Assembly (NCBI GenBank): GCA_010015585.1
Contig: ML975163.1
DNA from: Eremomyces bilateralis CBS 781.70
Lineage: Eukaryota
Length of the DNA stretch: 64,000 nucleotides
Direction: 5' to 3' (one strand)
The notes below the pieces were generated by a model. That model did no database searches, was not told where the DNA came from, and was given only the letters and a program-made list of their open reading frames with translations. The stretch's first letter is position 1. Each line of letters starts with the position of its first letter. A program made the position numbers and the translations under genes. Of this stretch, positions 1 to 12,468 are shown piece after piece.

Positions 1-753
1 AAGCCGAAGAAGCACTCTGGATCATAGGGACGCGTACAGCTATTACTTCGCCCAATTCTGGATTCCATCTCAAAGCTCAATTCGGCCCTCGAGCACCAAG
101 TGGTGTGATTAGATCGGTTGCTCCGGTGGGGGTCTGAAAATGACAGGTTTCGCCAGGTTCAGGCACCGGGGCTCCGAGAGTTTAGCCGGCGAAGAATGCG
201 GAAATTGTCCGTCAGCTCACCAGATGTCCGTCAAGCAGAACTCAGAGGTGCGGTGATCGACACGAACCGGACGCGGTCTCAGCGCGGTGCAATTTGGGTA
301 TCAACATTCAGATGGGCCGAAACCCACACGGAAACATTTCAATAACTTAGGGTAAATAGAGAAAGTGGATGAACGTGGGGTATGCTGCAGAGACACATCC
401 GAAGCATGCGTTGCATTGACAAAGGAAGACATGTTAGACTGGAGAACTGGGTCGGGTCAATCATGAATTGTCGGGGCTAGCCGGAGAACATGGAATCACC
501 ATTTGGAAAGGTTTGGCAATGGATCTAATCGACACATGTGGCACACTGCTATACGCCGCGGCAACAAGCTGCAGCACGCAGGGCATCGTGTTGAAATGCG
601 TGACGATCTTTCTTGCATATCGATATCGCTGACCACGCTTGTTTTTAGGCTGACGGAACATTTATGACGGCGACGCAGGTTACAGGTGGAGTGCAATTAA
701 GCAGCGGACGAAGAATGACTGGAGGCAGGGGTTGTAGCTATAGTTGTACTCAC

Positions 754-1008
754 ATATATCTCGTTGTATTCCCGGAGTGGGAAAGCAGCCAACATAACTG
801 CATCGTCGTCGGGTGCACTGAGCTCGACCGAAGCGACGTCAGAACGCAGCTCGAGCTTCTGCGAGCCGCTCGGGATCCCCGTGATAGGTTCCAGGCGGGT
901 CTTGAACTGGGCTAAAGTCCATGCGGGTGAGATTCTGCGTTCCGATTCGGATGCGGATGAGACGACATTGATGGAGACGTCGGCTGAAGACTGAAAAGAG
1001 TGCGCCAT
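754..1008 (-). CDS. TBCB: Tubulin-folding cofactor B (Alf1/Alp11), exon 1 only (ubiquitin-like domain); the rest lies beyond the left edge
   Basis: ATG at 1008; MAHSFQSSADV...SERRISPAWTLAQFKTRLEPITGIPSGSQKLEL matches the TBCB Ubl N-terminus; GTGAGT donor at 753 in phase 0; no CAP-Gly coding exon seen in 1-753. Confidence 0.85.
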
Positions 1009-1509
1009 GATGTCGATGGTCAAATTCTTTAGATCATGAGGGAGGGAATAGATGAGACTAGGATCGACTACGGAGAACAGAGTATGGAGAAAAGGTTGGA
1101 TACTTCTGATCCTTGGAGAGTGAGGCTCGGAGGCAGGGGTAGGGACTTGTGTAGTGGAGGATTTTCCCGTGAGTTTGGCGTGAACTTGGAAGTTGGATGG
1201 GATCAGATGAAGCGTTCTGCTCGTTTGCCAGAGAAATGAGGTTCCTTGGACAGAGCACCGAGGTTTCAGTCGAATCCAGCGGATTCTGATCACAGGAGGT
1301 TCGACGGGGTTGGGTCTTGATCCACAGTTGGTCTGCGTGTGGCTCGATCAGACCCACATGCGATCGGGATTCCAATGGTTCCGAGATCCAGCAGTTCGCG
1401 CCTCGGACGTTGTTAGGACTACAGTTTCAATCTGTCTGATGCAGGTTTGGATACTGTACATTAGAATATTCAAGGAACCTTAACATCGCGAACTCAAAAA
1501 GCCGGCAGG

Positions 1510-1609
1510 CACGTGACACGACGGTGGGGATGCAATTCGGGTAAATTTCGGATCAAGCCTCAATCACGTGCTTTTCCAATGGGAAGCGAGGATCTAGCCT
1601 TTGCACGTG
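1510..1609. promoter_or_regulatory. Cluster of three CACGTG E-boxes (bHLH, Cbf1-type) upstream of TBCB
   Basis: CACGTG at 1510, 1565 and 1604. Confidence 0.5.
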
Positions 1610-3048
1610 ACTTAAACTGTTCCTCCTAAGACTCCAATCCTATTTACTCCGCACATCTTGACACAGCCATCATTCCAACACTTCCCGATCTAATGTTGTT
1701 GCTGATCATCACTAATATTACCCGATCCTTTCAACCGTTCATTGTGTCTGCCTGTTAATGCTAACAATAGCGCCTGGTTTGCATAGTAGTTCATTACCGG
1801 CCTTATCCTCGTACATCATTCCCCCCTCATCCGAGGCACTCCATTCAGAATCCAGCAAACCATATCTCCCGTCCAAATGTCCAATCGCGTGTGACCTTCA
1901 CCGCTCCTATGCGGCTAAGAGCAGCGTCATGAAATGCTTGAATCCCCCAAGGGATAATGGAGCCGATGGACACGCGAGCAGCAAATCGTTCATTACTTAC
2001 TGCTGCTGCGGTGCCGCCGTTTCTTTTTCGTTGACTCCCACCACCAGTTGACGAGGGCGCTGGAGCCCAAGAAGATTATCCGCTGCATGGGGGGATTCGG
2101 GGCCCATAAAGGACACGGATTAACAATACATGCTACCTGTCAAATGTCAATTGTCATCCTGCACATGCACACGGCTCGTTTTCAACATCCCCCCAACCCA
2201 CCCCTGAAAAAGGGGGAACTGTCCGAGCCTTCCAGTCCCGGTGATTTGGTTTAGTGGACCGCCACGATCGAGAATCAGTTTCGAACTGATCATACGCCTT
2301 ATATCATGCAACAGCCAACAGAGAACCCAAGATCTGTGCACATGCCAGGCGAAGATCGTTGGCACTGGAGCCCCGGACTGTTCTCATGGAAATTGACACA
2401 TTTCAATCCCCATTCAGGTTTCAGTGATCGAAGGGATAGACCCCGCAATATCCTCTCGGAATGTCGACCAAGATCTACAGCTGATGCCATAGCCTAAATA
2501 CCACTGACTTTGGTACTGAGCAGAAATTATGCACGCAGCCAGCCTCTAAATCAGAATGTTCTCACCGCTGCATTGCCGAGTGTCGTACAAAAGTGCTGGC
2601 ACTGTCTGGTCCCTACATTTTCCGTTCGACCCGCGCTGCTTCCCTAATATAATTCGTCTGGCAGAAGTAGTGTTGGCTGGGAGATATGGAATCGTGATGA
2701 CGTGGTACAAACCCACCAACTATTCACACGAATCCAAAGCCGCAGCGGGCCGGTCATTGAGCCTTGTGGAGGTGTTTCAGATGCACCGCTCGTGTCCATC
2801 CCAATGTGTATACGCGAACTCAATTGTCATCTTTTGAAATGCGCAATGTGGTGTGTTGCCGTTCTATGGAGCACAAATCTTCGCAGTGACACATGGTTTC
2901 TGGAAATATGTGTGCTTGCAAGGCATCGTCAGAGACCAGGGCAACCGAACGGAACCGATGATTGGTCGGCAAATCCTCGCTTGGGGTAACCAGAGATCTA
3001 ACGTGGTTGGAGCAAGGATTTATCGTTCGCACTGCTTCAGGCCTCCAG

Positions 3049-3923
3049 CTATTCTTGATTCTGGGCAAAATCAGACGACAGTTGCATTTTGCAAGGAAAT
3101 TATATGATGAACAGTGCGAAATGGATGGCCTTAGCGACGGCTTACCATATTTATTTTGGGCTCCTTTACGGGATTTGAACAACTAGGGCTCTCCTCTCGT
3201 CTCTCGTCTCTGGGATGGGGGCTGGTGCGCGTCACTCCTGCATGGACTGAGGTAACTAGGCGGCCTAAGACGGGGTTCGCTGTTCGGCCAGAGTAAGTAA
3301 GGCGACTGCGGCTGCAGATCAGGTTCGGCCAACGCATCAACTTTCTCATCGTTCGCTAACTCACCTTGTCTTGACGTCCTTTCCGCCACCCACCCCGTCC
3401 AGCAGATCGGTTTCCAAAGAAGGGGACCCGTCGATTACAACATATCCGTTGGCATCCACCCGAGCCAGCGCAAAAGAAGCAAGGTCTAACCAAGAAGATC
3501 CCGGATCCTTTTCACCGCCCAATTTGACGTGGTTCACTGATGCGACGTTGGATTCTATGTCTTGTCTGTGGACGGGAGGAGAACCATTTCTCCTATGTCC
3601 AGATATGGCGTTGCTAGTCAAATCCCCGAGAAAGAAAGTAAGTGCATCAAGAGTAAATCATTGCCGTATTGATATATTTGATATAAAGAAACCGTTTGGG
3701 AGAAGGTGACATCGGATCAACGGCTCACTGACAGAGCCCCATCGACATCTCCTACTTGGATACGGTATCATCCTAGCATCTCATCGCAACCTCGGGCTGC
3801 ACAAGTGTATGTGGCGCAAGGCTGGATATGCGAGAGATTGGTACTTATTCGGCAGAATTCATACCGCACCAGCTTTTGTGCCCCAAACAGACCACTGTTT
3901 CCATCTTTCTCCAGCACCTCCAT
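3049..3923 (-). CDS. Putative orphan multi-exon gene (~161 aa) or spliced lncRNA
   Basis: Canonical introns 3364-3312 (GTGAGT..CCTGAT..CAG) and 3145-3061 (GTAAGC..TCTGAT..CAG) join open frames in phase; possible first exon 3923-3865 with intron 3864-3614; no recognisable domain. Confidence 0.3.
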
Positions 3924-5517
3924 CCTATTTGTGATGCAAGTCCACCTAGCATTACTATTTCCTTTCTTCACTTTGTCTTATTTCGCGGGCTGAGTCACCT
4001 GTGGCTATGCTCCAACGCTATTCTTTTAAATAGCTATGTCGTCTTGCCTAGTCATCATTGGCTGATATGATGATTTGCTACCCTGGACCAGTTCCTTGTT
4101 CTACGAACCATAGTGGATGTGAAGGCGTCCAACAGCATCGGAGAACGACGTGACGACCTCATTGGAGACGTTTGTCTGGCTCAACTGCTCTTCACTTGAT
4201 CCTGTCGTCTCTTGCCGCCCAGTGACTTCAGCCCAAACGCGATCCCTTTGCGTCTCATTACGCACCCTGTTCTGCAGCCACCTCATCCAGAAGCAGTTCT
4301 AAGCGGATTCGCTGGGAGCCTGGACGAATATATCGACTCGAGCATCCCCTGCGACTCTTGCGCCTTCATCCGTCTCCTCCTTTGCCTGACCTCCGCTCCG
4401 CTCATCGCGCACGACGATACCTGTGTCCAGTCAGTTGTCTATTCTCAAGACAAATAGACGCCACAGCATTGTCCCCCTTTCTTCCCTGTCTGAGCGGATT
4501 CGGGCCCGTGTTGTGTTGGGGGCCCTTAGGGTCATACTTATTGACGACTGCCTACGACTTCCACGACCTGCCCACGAACGCGACGAGTCCCATCAACTTG
4601 ATTCTTTACGAATATTGAGCTCATCTTTGAGTTGATGAAGCCCCACGAACCTCTTCTACTTCGAAAAGACCTACTTTAGACCAATCAACTGGAACTCTAG
4701 AAGGCGCCCGCAGATTGGCTCGAATCTGTGAAATCCTTTGGATCACCAAAGCTGAAACACTGGAAACTATTTAATACTGTAGCTGTCCTGTGCTTTCTGT
4801 CAGGTTTCTTATGAACGTTCGAGTGTTGGCAAGCTACTCCGGGTTTCAACTAAATTAACTCTCGACCGCAACCCTCCGGGGTACACCTCTCAAACACAGT
4901 GCAGCCTTACCACATCAGGAAAATCCATCGATTGCGGAATTCTTTAGAAACGGCGAACGGACGGAATCCTGAAGGAGTCGAGCCTCTCAGAGGGCATAGC
5001 AGACTCGGGCAGCCGAGATATTGTTTTTCTAGAAGCGAAACAAACGGGTCCTGGAGAGCGCTCAACCGAACCCAGTCCTGGTCCATCTATTGACGATCGA
5101 ACGCCGCATATTGAACTAGAACCAATATCATTGACCACTATTACGAGCATTCTGGAGTTTGGGCCGAGAGTGGTAATCAGTTCTGTTTGTTTGCAACACT
5201 TCGAATTACTTCGCCAGTCGCACAAAGAGCGGTCCATCCCCAACCGTGGTAATCCGTTTCTCAGTCGAATATTTGAGCATGCTACGAAGCAATTGTTTGA
5301 GCTGAAGATACATTCGTTTGTCTGGTCTCTGAGTTTTACTCGATACTCAGAAGCTGGTCAGCAAACTCAAGAAGTTCGGTTGCAAGATCCTCGAAACGGA
5401 ACGGTCGACGAACATAAATTCATCAGTGTCTACACCGCCAAAATAACATCGACACTAGTTCAATTACCTGCGGGCTGGATTCTCCCGCTTCCAGCCAGCA
5501 GAAGGAATACCGACGCC

Positions 5518-7382
5518 GTGGATATCTCCCGGCTCCTCGAGTCGCGGGACTCTGAGTCTCCCGGTCCAGGAACCAGGAGCTCGACCTCCAAGACATCGTC
5601 GGCGGGACATTTCTCTTCGTCAGATGGCGGCAATGGAGCTGGAACCAGTGGCGGGGTATATGCGTCCACGAACAGATACCAGTCGTCAGATCCGACGACG
5701 GGGTACACGACGCCGTCCGCTGGGGGGACGCTGGAGAGACGATTGTCCACAGCTGGATTGCCATCTGGCTTAGGAGCAGGGCTTCCCCCAACATCAATAC
5801 CTCCACAATTGCATCAATACGCTCCTTCATCGCTACAGCGCCCCTCGGCATCATCGCCCTCTACATACCATTCTCAGTACGGAGGGGTGGAGTTGCGACC
5901 GATCTACTCCGCACCACCAACACAGGCAACACTCCCAAGCTTCGCTTATTCTCAGCCACCACGGACACACCATGCTCAGAATCACTCCTACGGCATTGCT
6001 CCTCACCTCCCACATCTTCAACCTAACTCCACCGGACCACTGGGGACGAGTGGTGGCATGGTACGTGGCCATCACGGACTCCATCACCACCTCGCTCCAG
6101 GCATCCCGCCCATCAACACGAATATTTCCGGAAAACGTCCGGCTGGGGGTCCACTGTCTGCCGGCGCCTCCTCGCCACCGGCTAAGAAGCAGACGAAGTG
6201 GGCACCGGAAGAAGACGCTCTGAATATCGAGCTGCGAAGGTCGGGAATGAAGTGGGATGACATTGCGGAGCGATTGCCGGGACGGAGCGCGATTAGTTGC
6301 CGGCTGCGGTATCAGAACTATAGCGAGAAGAGGCCGGAGTGGGATGAGGAGCGGAAGAACAAGTTGGCGCGGTTGTACGCAAGGTAGGTTCTGTTTTCAT
6401 GGCTTTTCACCGCTTCGCTACACTCAACGCCTCTCTCAGTCAGTTTAGTGCAGTGCAATCTATGAAAAAGGAAACAGGCTCCAGACTAACCCCTCCCTCT
6501 CCCAGATTCCGCAAAGACATGTTCGACATCCCTGCCAAAGAAATGGGCCTCCCCTGGAGAGCGGTCGAATCGATGCTATGGCACATGGGCCACGAAGAAA
6601 TCGCCCAGCGTGCCAATGCCCCCAATCTTATGCTCGCCACCGTCCCCGGCAACTCCGCCCGCAGCAGCAACAAAAGCCCACCGCGCGGCCGCCCCGCGTC
6701 CGACCATGGCTCTTCGCACCACCAACGCCGCCGCAACAGCGGAAGCGGGAGCGGGAGTGGAAGCGGCGGAGGCGGTGCCCACGACATCGGGGCGGCGGGG
6801 CGGGAGCGGCGTCAGCGAGTCGGGAGCGATCTCAGCATCGGGTCGGCGGGGAGCGTGGCAAGCGCAGGTGCGGGGATGCCGTCGTTGGGTGATGGGCGAC
6901 ATCGTCAATCATCCGCGCGCTACACATCCTCCCGCCAACCGCAGCATAGCTCGCCGTATGGCGGCGTTTACCCAGGGACTCATCCTACCCCACCGCCGCT
7001 TTACCCTTCGAATCCGCACTCACCATACCCGGCACACTACCCGCGCCCCTCGCAATTATCGTCCCACGCCACGCACTTGAGCCCGTTGCACGCGGCGGAA
7101 CAACCATCTGCCACGTTCGTTAGAGCGGAAGCGCGGCTGCGGCAGCCAAGAAGCCATACGCAACCGCCTGACGAGATCGAGACCCCGGTGCTGGGTTCAA
7201 TGTCGATTGCGAGGCCGAGTAGTGCAGATGAGGTGAGACATAACGGTCGGGGAGAAGGACGGCGGACAAGGGCGAGGGTAGGGAGGGGCACTGGGGTTGA
7301 GGGAGATGGTGGTGGGGGCGATGAGCGGATGAAGATGGAGGATGAGGAGGAAGAGTTAGAAGAGGAGGAAGGGGAGCTATGA
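5518..7382 (+). CDS. Myb/SANT DNA-binding domain transcription factor; start uncertain (GTG 5518 or ATG 6058)
   Basis: KWAPEEDALNIELRRSGMKWDDIAERLPGRSAISCRLRYQNY...WDEERKNKLARLY Myb repeats; intron 6384-6505 (GTAGGT..ACTAAC..CAG) continues into RFRKDMF...LPWRAVESMLWHMG; stop at 7382. Confidence 0.85.
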
Positions 7383-8302
7383 AGAGAAGGACTGTTCTTG
7401 AAGTACATGTTGCTTGGTCATATCGGCCATCTAGTGTCGTAATGATGGCTCCTCTGAAACGCATAGCAAACGGCTGGGAAAATGGGCGGTTGGCAATGAT
7501 CTCGTTATTCTCTTCCAGCATTATTACCCCTTGTCTTATCGGACTCTGCTTTCATGTTTGGTCAATATTGGCTCCCCTCCGAGTTTCGCATGCAGCGGCG
7601 CTGCTTCCGCCCTCGCTTCCCCAAATGTCGTACGAAAATCTGTTGGTGCTCTTCTGTCGAACGTTTAATTTTCTACTCATGACATGAATCTCTTTGGCTG
7701 GAACGGGGGTGGGGCTTCGCAGGGCTCGAGAAAAGAACCGTGATGAGTCATCTCCTTTGTACAATACCCCGTGGCGGCAATGCCGAGTGGTCGTCTCGAA
7801 GCCCGTGGAGCTGTGGAAGTACCGGTACTGGAGAGGACACCGCATAGTGATGGCATAAAAATTCGGGTGGCACGTTCTGCAGGCATTGACCAGCGCTTGA
7901 TAACGGACATGACAATCCTTAGATGGAGAAAATGTGTAAAGCGTCGCAAGAGGCTACGAACTAGGTATTACCATGAATGTATAGTTATGCTCACTGACCG
8001 TCATCACTTGGGATCGTGTGTTATGACATCCATCTTGCGCTTGAAATGAATTTCAGATTTCCGATGATAGTTCCTTTTCATATGTAGTACCTACGGCCTA
8101 CGTACACGGGCTCGGTGGTCGTTTACCACTCATCGGTCACTCGTCAGCGTCGTTTTGCCAATTACGAGACAATATCCACAAGCCGCGGGACCGACTGGAT
8201 GTCCCTGAATTCTCCCACGAGCATCACCACACGCAATATTCATGTCGCTCCACCATGCGTCAATTCCTCCCTCATGCGTGCTGGGTGTCCCAACGAACGC
8301 AT

Positions 8303-9765
8303 CTACAGCTGTCCGGCGGTATTGAAGTCCGCCAGCGCCTCCGTGATGCGAGAGGCCATGGTCTTCTCGCCCTCGCGGACCCAGACACGCGGGTCGTAGT
8401 ACTTCTTGTTGGGCTTGTCCTCGCCGTCGGGGTTGCCGACCTGGGTCATGAGGTAGTCCTTCTTCTTGAGGACGTAGTCCCGGACGCCGATAAGGTAGGC
8501 CCATTGGAGATCAGTACTGTTGTGATTACTGTTAGCCTCATATACTCGTCCGTTTTCTTTTCAATTTCGATTCTAATTTTGAAGGTTCGGTGGGGATATA
8601 TCAATGATGGGGGGGCAACGTACTCCAAGTTCACCTTGACGATACCATAGCTGATCGCTTGCTTGAACTCTTCCTTCGAACTACCACTGCCACCGTGGAA
8701 CACAAGGAACAGCGGCTTGGGATCCGAACCCCCTTCCTGCTTGACGGTCTCCTCCTGGTGAGCCTTGAGGAGCTCGGGTCGCAGCTTGACGTTGCCCGGC
8801 TTGTAGACACCGTGGACGTTGCCGAAGCCGGCAGCAATGGAGAAGTAGGGGGAGATGGCATTGAGGGTCTTGAAGATTTTGTACACGACGTCGGGTTGCG
8901 TGTACAGGAGGCCGTTGTCGACGGATTCGTTGTTGACGCCGTCTTCTTCGCCGCCGGTGATGCCGATTTCCTATGGATCGTATGAGCATATTCAACGAGG
9001 AAATATGTTATCGTTTCACTTACCATCTCGAGCCATTGCTTCATTGGCGCGACGCGCTTGAGGTACTTCGCAGTGGTCTACCGATAAGTCAGTCAAGCAG
9101 TCCATCCAGTCGAATGCATGACCATGTCAAGCGCATATCTAGGTTCATACCTCAATGTTCCACTCAACCTCCTCCTCAGACAAGTCGATCATGTGCGAGC
9201 TGTAGAGAGGCTCGCCATGCTGCTTGAAGTACTCCTCGTCGGCATCCAACAGGCCATCGAGCCACGGGAGAAGCTTCTTGGCGCAGTGATCGGTGTGCAG
9301 GACGACGGGAACACCGTACGTCGGGGCAACGCTGCGAACGAAGTGCGCTGCTGCGATGCCGCCCGCGATGGAGGCAGATTGGTCGCCGTTGGGGACGCCC
9401 TAGGTGATGTGTCAGTGGCACTGTCAATGCGTGGGGTTCGCCATCTTGATGCTCCTCTGGCTTGATTCTCCAATTGACCGCAATGTCGACCAAACTAAGG
9501 GCCACAGGAGAGGCGATTTCGAAAGGGAGTGTCGATATTTCAATCTTACCTTTCCGCAGAAATACGCCGCACCACCTTGCGATACCTGAATGATGATCGG
9601 CGACTTCGCATCACGAGCAGCTTCCAGTGTCGCGATCACAGTCGACGACGAGGTCACATTGATAGCTGGGATGGCGAAGTTATGCTCCTGGGCATATTTG
9701 AAGAGCTTACGGACATCCTCGCCAACGATGACGCCGGACTTGCGGGAGAGAACGCTGGTAGCCAT
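8303..9765 (-). CDS. FBA1: Fructose-bisphosphate aldolase, class II
   Basis: Exons 9765-9550, 9399-9151, 9077-9024, 8970-8624, 8516-8303; motifs FAIPAINVTSSST, HTDHC, EIGITGGEEDGV, FGNVHGVYK, LVFHGGSGS, NKKYYDPRVW. Confidence 0.97.
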
Positions 9766-12468
9766 AGTGGATGAAGGTATAGGGAAGCTTTGTTGAGATT
9801 CAAGGTGCTTTCAGCGAGGGAATACTGCCAATGAAGGATGTCAATGGATTGGATGATCGGTTGGAACAGGATTGACGATGTGAAGGTTAATGAACTGAAA
9901 GTAAAAGCAGAGAAAAAGAACAAATGGTCAGGCTATGAGAGACGAGCGATAATAATGCTTGGTGGTGGTGGTAGTGACCTTGTGTGCCCCACGTCGTCAC
10001 GGCAGCGAGGGGTTCAACAGAACGAGACTGGACCCCGATGGTCTGATGAGATTGATACACCAACCTAAGGTGGGGCTCGTTGCTTTTCCTTACACTCGTC
10101 TCACTCATCTCACTTACGCTTGGGTTCCATGACCTTCGGAATAAAAACAAATTCCTCAATTCGGAAGCATTGTTACAGGAATCCATACGATGACCCTAGA
10201 ATGCCTCCAAAACATCCGAGGATCTACGCAGTTCCATGGTCCGGATGCGAAGTATTCCATGCCAGGGCTATGAAGTCATCCATGTTTGGTGGCGGGCGAT
10301 ACCGGAACCAGGGCAACCTGGTGCTCGGGGACAAGGCTGATGGCTGGGAATATTCACGAGAGTACCTAGGTAGGAGGATGGGATTGCCGGCATGGACGGA
10401 GAAATAGAATGCTCTGGGAATGTGAATGGATCCGATAGCCGCTGCGGTCAGGTACAATCGGAAATTGTCCGGTAGAGTTGGCGGATGAGCTGCAATATGG
10501 TCATCTGGTCGTGAATGGATGTATATATATCGAATAGATATGAACATGGCTAGACGACACTAGCTGGTGAATTTTAGTATCTAGAGGAATAACATGATAT
10601 GATATGCCTTGAAGATTGACACTTTTCAGTAAAACAGTTGGATAATATAAAGCCGAAAATCCGTTGCTGTTTTTGGCCAAGCACAGATTGTCGTGAGCTT
10701 TGTTTTGCTATGTCTTCATCTTGATTGCATGTTGAAATTCAAGTTGCCCGTTCCATTGTCTTGTTACTATGCTGTTGGGAACTGTGATGGAGAACGGAAC
10801 CTTTCTTCAAAGCCACCAGCAGCAGCCTTACCCCTAGGTCAATACCCCCAAGCATCTCATCCTCTGAGGAAAGAGGAACCATCGGCCAAGAGATTGAACG
10901 ATCTCCAACATCTAAAGCAGTGCTGCATCCGAGTCACGCCTCCACCAGGCGGATGCAGCATCCCACGAAGGCTCTACAGTGCTCCAATCATCTCCCTCTG
11001 GCAGATGAAAATCTGCGCTGCAATCGTAGTTATCCCCCACCTTATCAAACCATGAGGATGACATTGCGCCTGTGTGGCGGCGCGAAATGTCATGCAATAC
11101 ACAGCAAGGACGCGGAGTGGATTGGACAGACCTAGTGAGTGGAATAGATGATGATGGACCGTGGCGAATATGGAACGGTCTGAGAGTCAACCACTACAAG
11201 TCAACCCCTGAATGACAGAAGGGAGTCGTGAATGACGATACCAGATGTGGGAGAGGGTGAGGGGTAGCTGCTTGCGAATGACATCAGTGTTCGACGGGTG
11301 AAGACAAGGGAAACAGAGCCAGTGAGGAGGCTGAAGGATAGGGAACTGAATTGGCAACATATATTCCGTAGAGGCGATTGGTTGAGAGAATTGACAATAA
11401 ATTCAAGGGGAGGCTTTGTGAGGACCCATAGGGATTAGATGGAGACTGGAGATCAAGTTGCGAGCAGTTCGGCGAGAGAACCGTCTCGGCTTGCTCTGGA
11501 GGATCAGATTGGCGGGTTTCAGAGAGTCTTTTGGCCGGATATCGATGCCTAGCCCTTGCTTTCCTATTGATCCAGTTTGCCGGATGTTCTCTACAGTTGC
11601 GCGATGCGACTCGTCCCCTTGTGCACCCAAACCCGCCGAGACACGGGACAGAAGAGGGGCTGCAAATCCTGACATAGCATTATGTATATCCGTCACGGGC
11701 CGCAAAGAGGGGAGATTGAACGAGGTATCTCTTCGTGGTCTCTAATCCTTGCTAAGGACGCCTCGTTTATGAATGTAGCTACCAATTGTTGATCATGGCT
11801 GGCGATGATGCGGAGGTAGACGCCCATCGAACCACCCACTGAATCAGGAGGTATTTGTAGGCTTGATATTCCGCCTGTTCTCCTCCTCCCCCAAAAGTTG
11901 GCAGATTATCAGTCGAGACTTTGGAACGACTGTTGGGGATCGTTTTAATGCCAACCATTGCTGGTCTGAATACTCGAGATTGAAGGCAGAAGAACTCCTT
12001 TCGACCGCAGCATCAACACAATAGGTCATCGTCCGAGAAAACCCGCTTTCTTCGGCGCGGCAGCCAATCAGAGAGACGTCAATTGTCGTCACCCGAACAT
12101 CGGCGCCTCAGGCTGCAACGCCAACCTCAATGAGCTTGGCTGAGTGAACGCCGTAACTATTCCTGTGACATCTGATATCCGGGTTCTTGGGGTTGTGCTT
12201 CAACTTTTAAAGCCGCATACGATCGTGACGGGCCGGAACATCGTTACTATTCCTCGGGGTCTATAAGAGCAAGGACTTGACGAAGCATAACCTTCGGTCG
12301 TTCCAGCGAAACATGACCATCTATATTCAATAACTTGATCATTGATACAAGTTCGTCCTTTCAGTGTTAACCGGTTCGTGTTACCGGACCTCTTCACGCC
12401 GTCCTACATCTAGATTATATCGTCCTCACCACCCCTCGACCGTATCCTTCGACACCATCGACTTCGCC

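Noticed and set aside
291..301. ATACCCAAATT (minus) complementary to the LSU rRNA AAUUUGGGUAU segment, as a snoRNA guide
   Set aside because: The nearest CTGA is 8 nt away rather than adjacent, and there is no good C box
340..360. TTAGGGTAA as a telomerase RNA template or telomeric seed
   Set aside because: Not the TAACCCTAA 1.5-repeat template; single copy
3300..3350. TPP riboswitch-like TGAGA...GAACCTGATCTG on the minus strand
   Set aside because: Lacks the L5 loop and the CGNAGG strand needed for P4; explained by the intron branch point and acceptor
8240..8305. Cryptic PTS1 in FBA1 by stop readthrough
   Set aside because: The stop is TAG-ATG (not the TGA-CTA context) and the extension ends in GAT
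11047..11063. snR30/U17 m2 motif AAACCAT-N7-ACA
   Set aside because: The spacing fits, but the obligatory upstream m1 motif ATATTCCTA is absent
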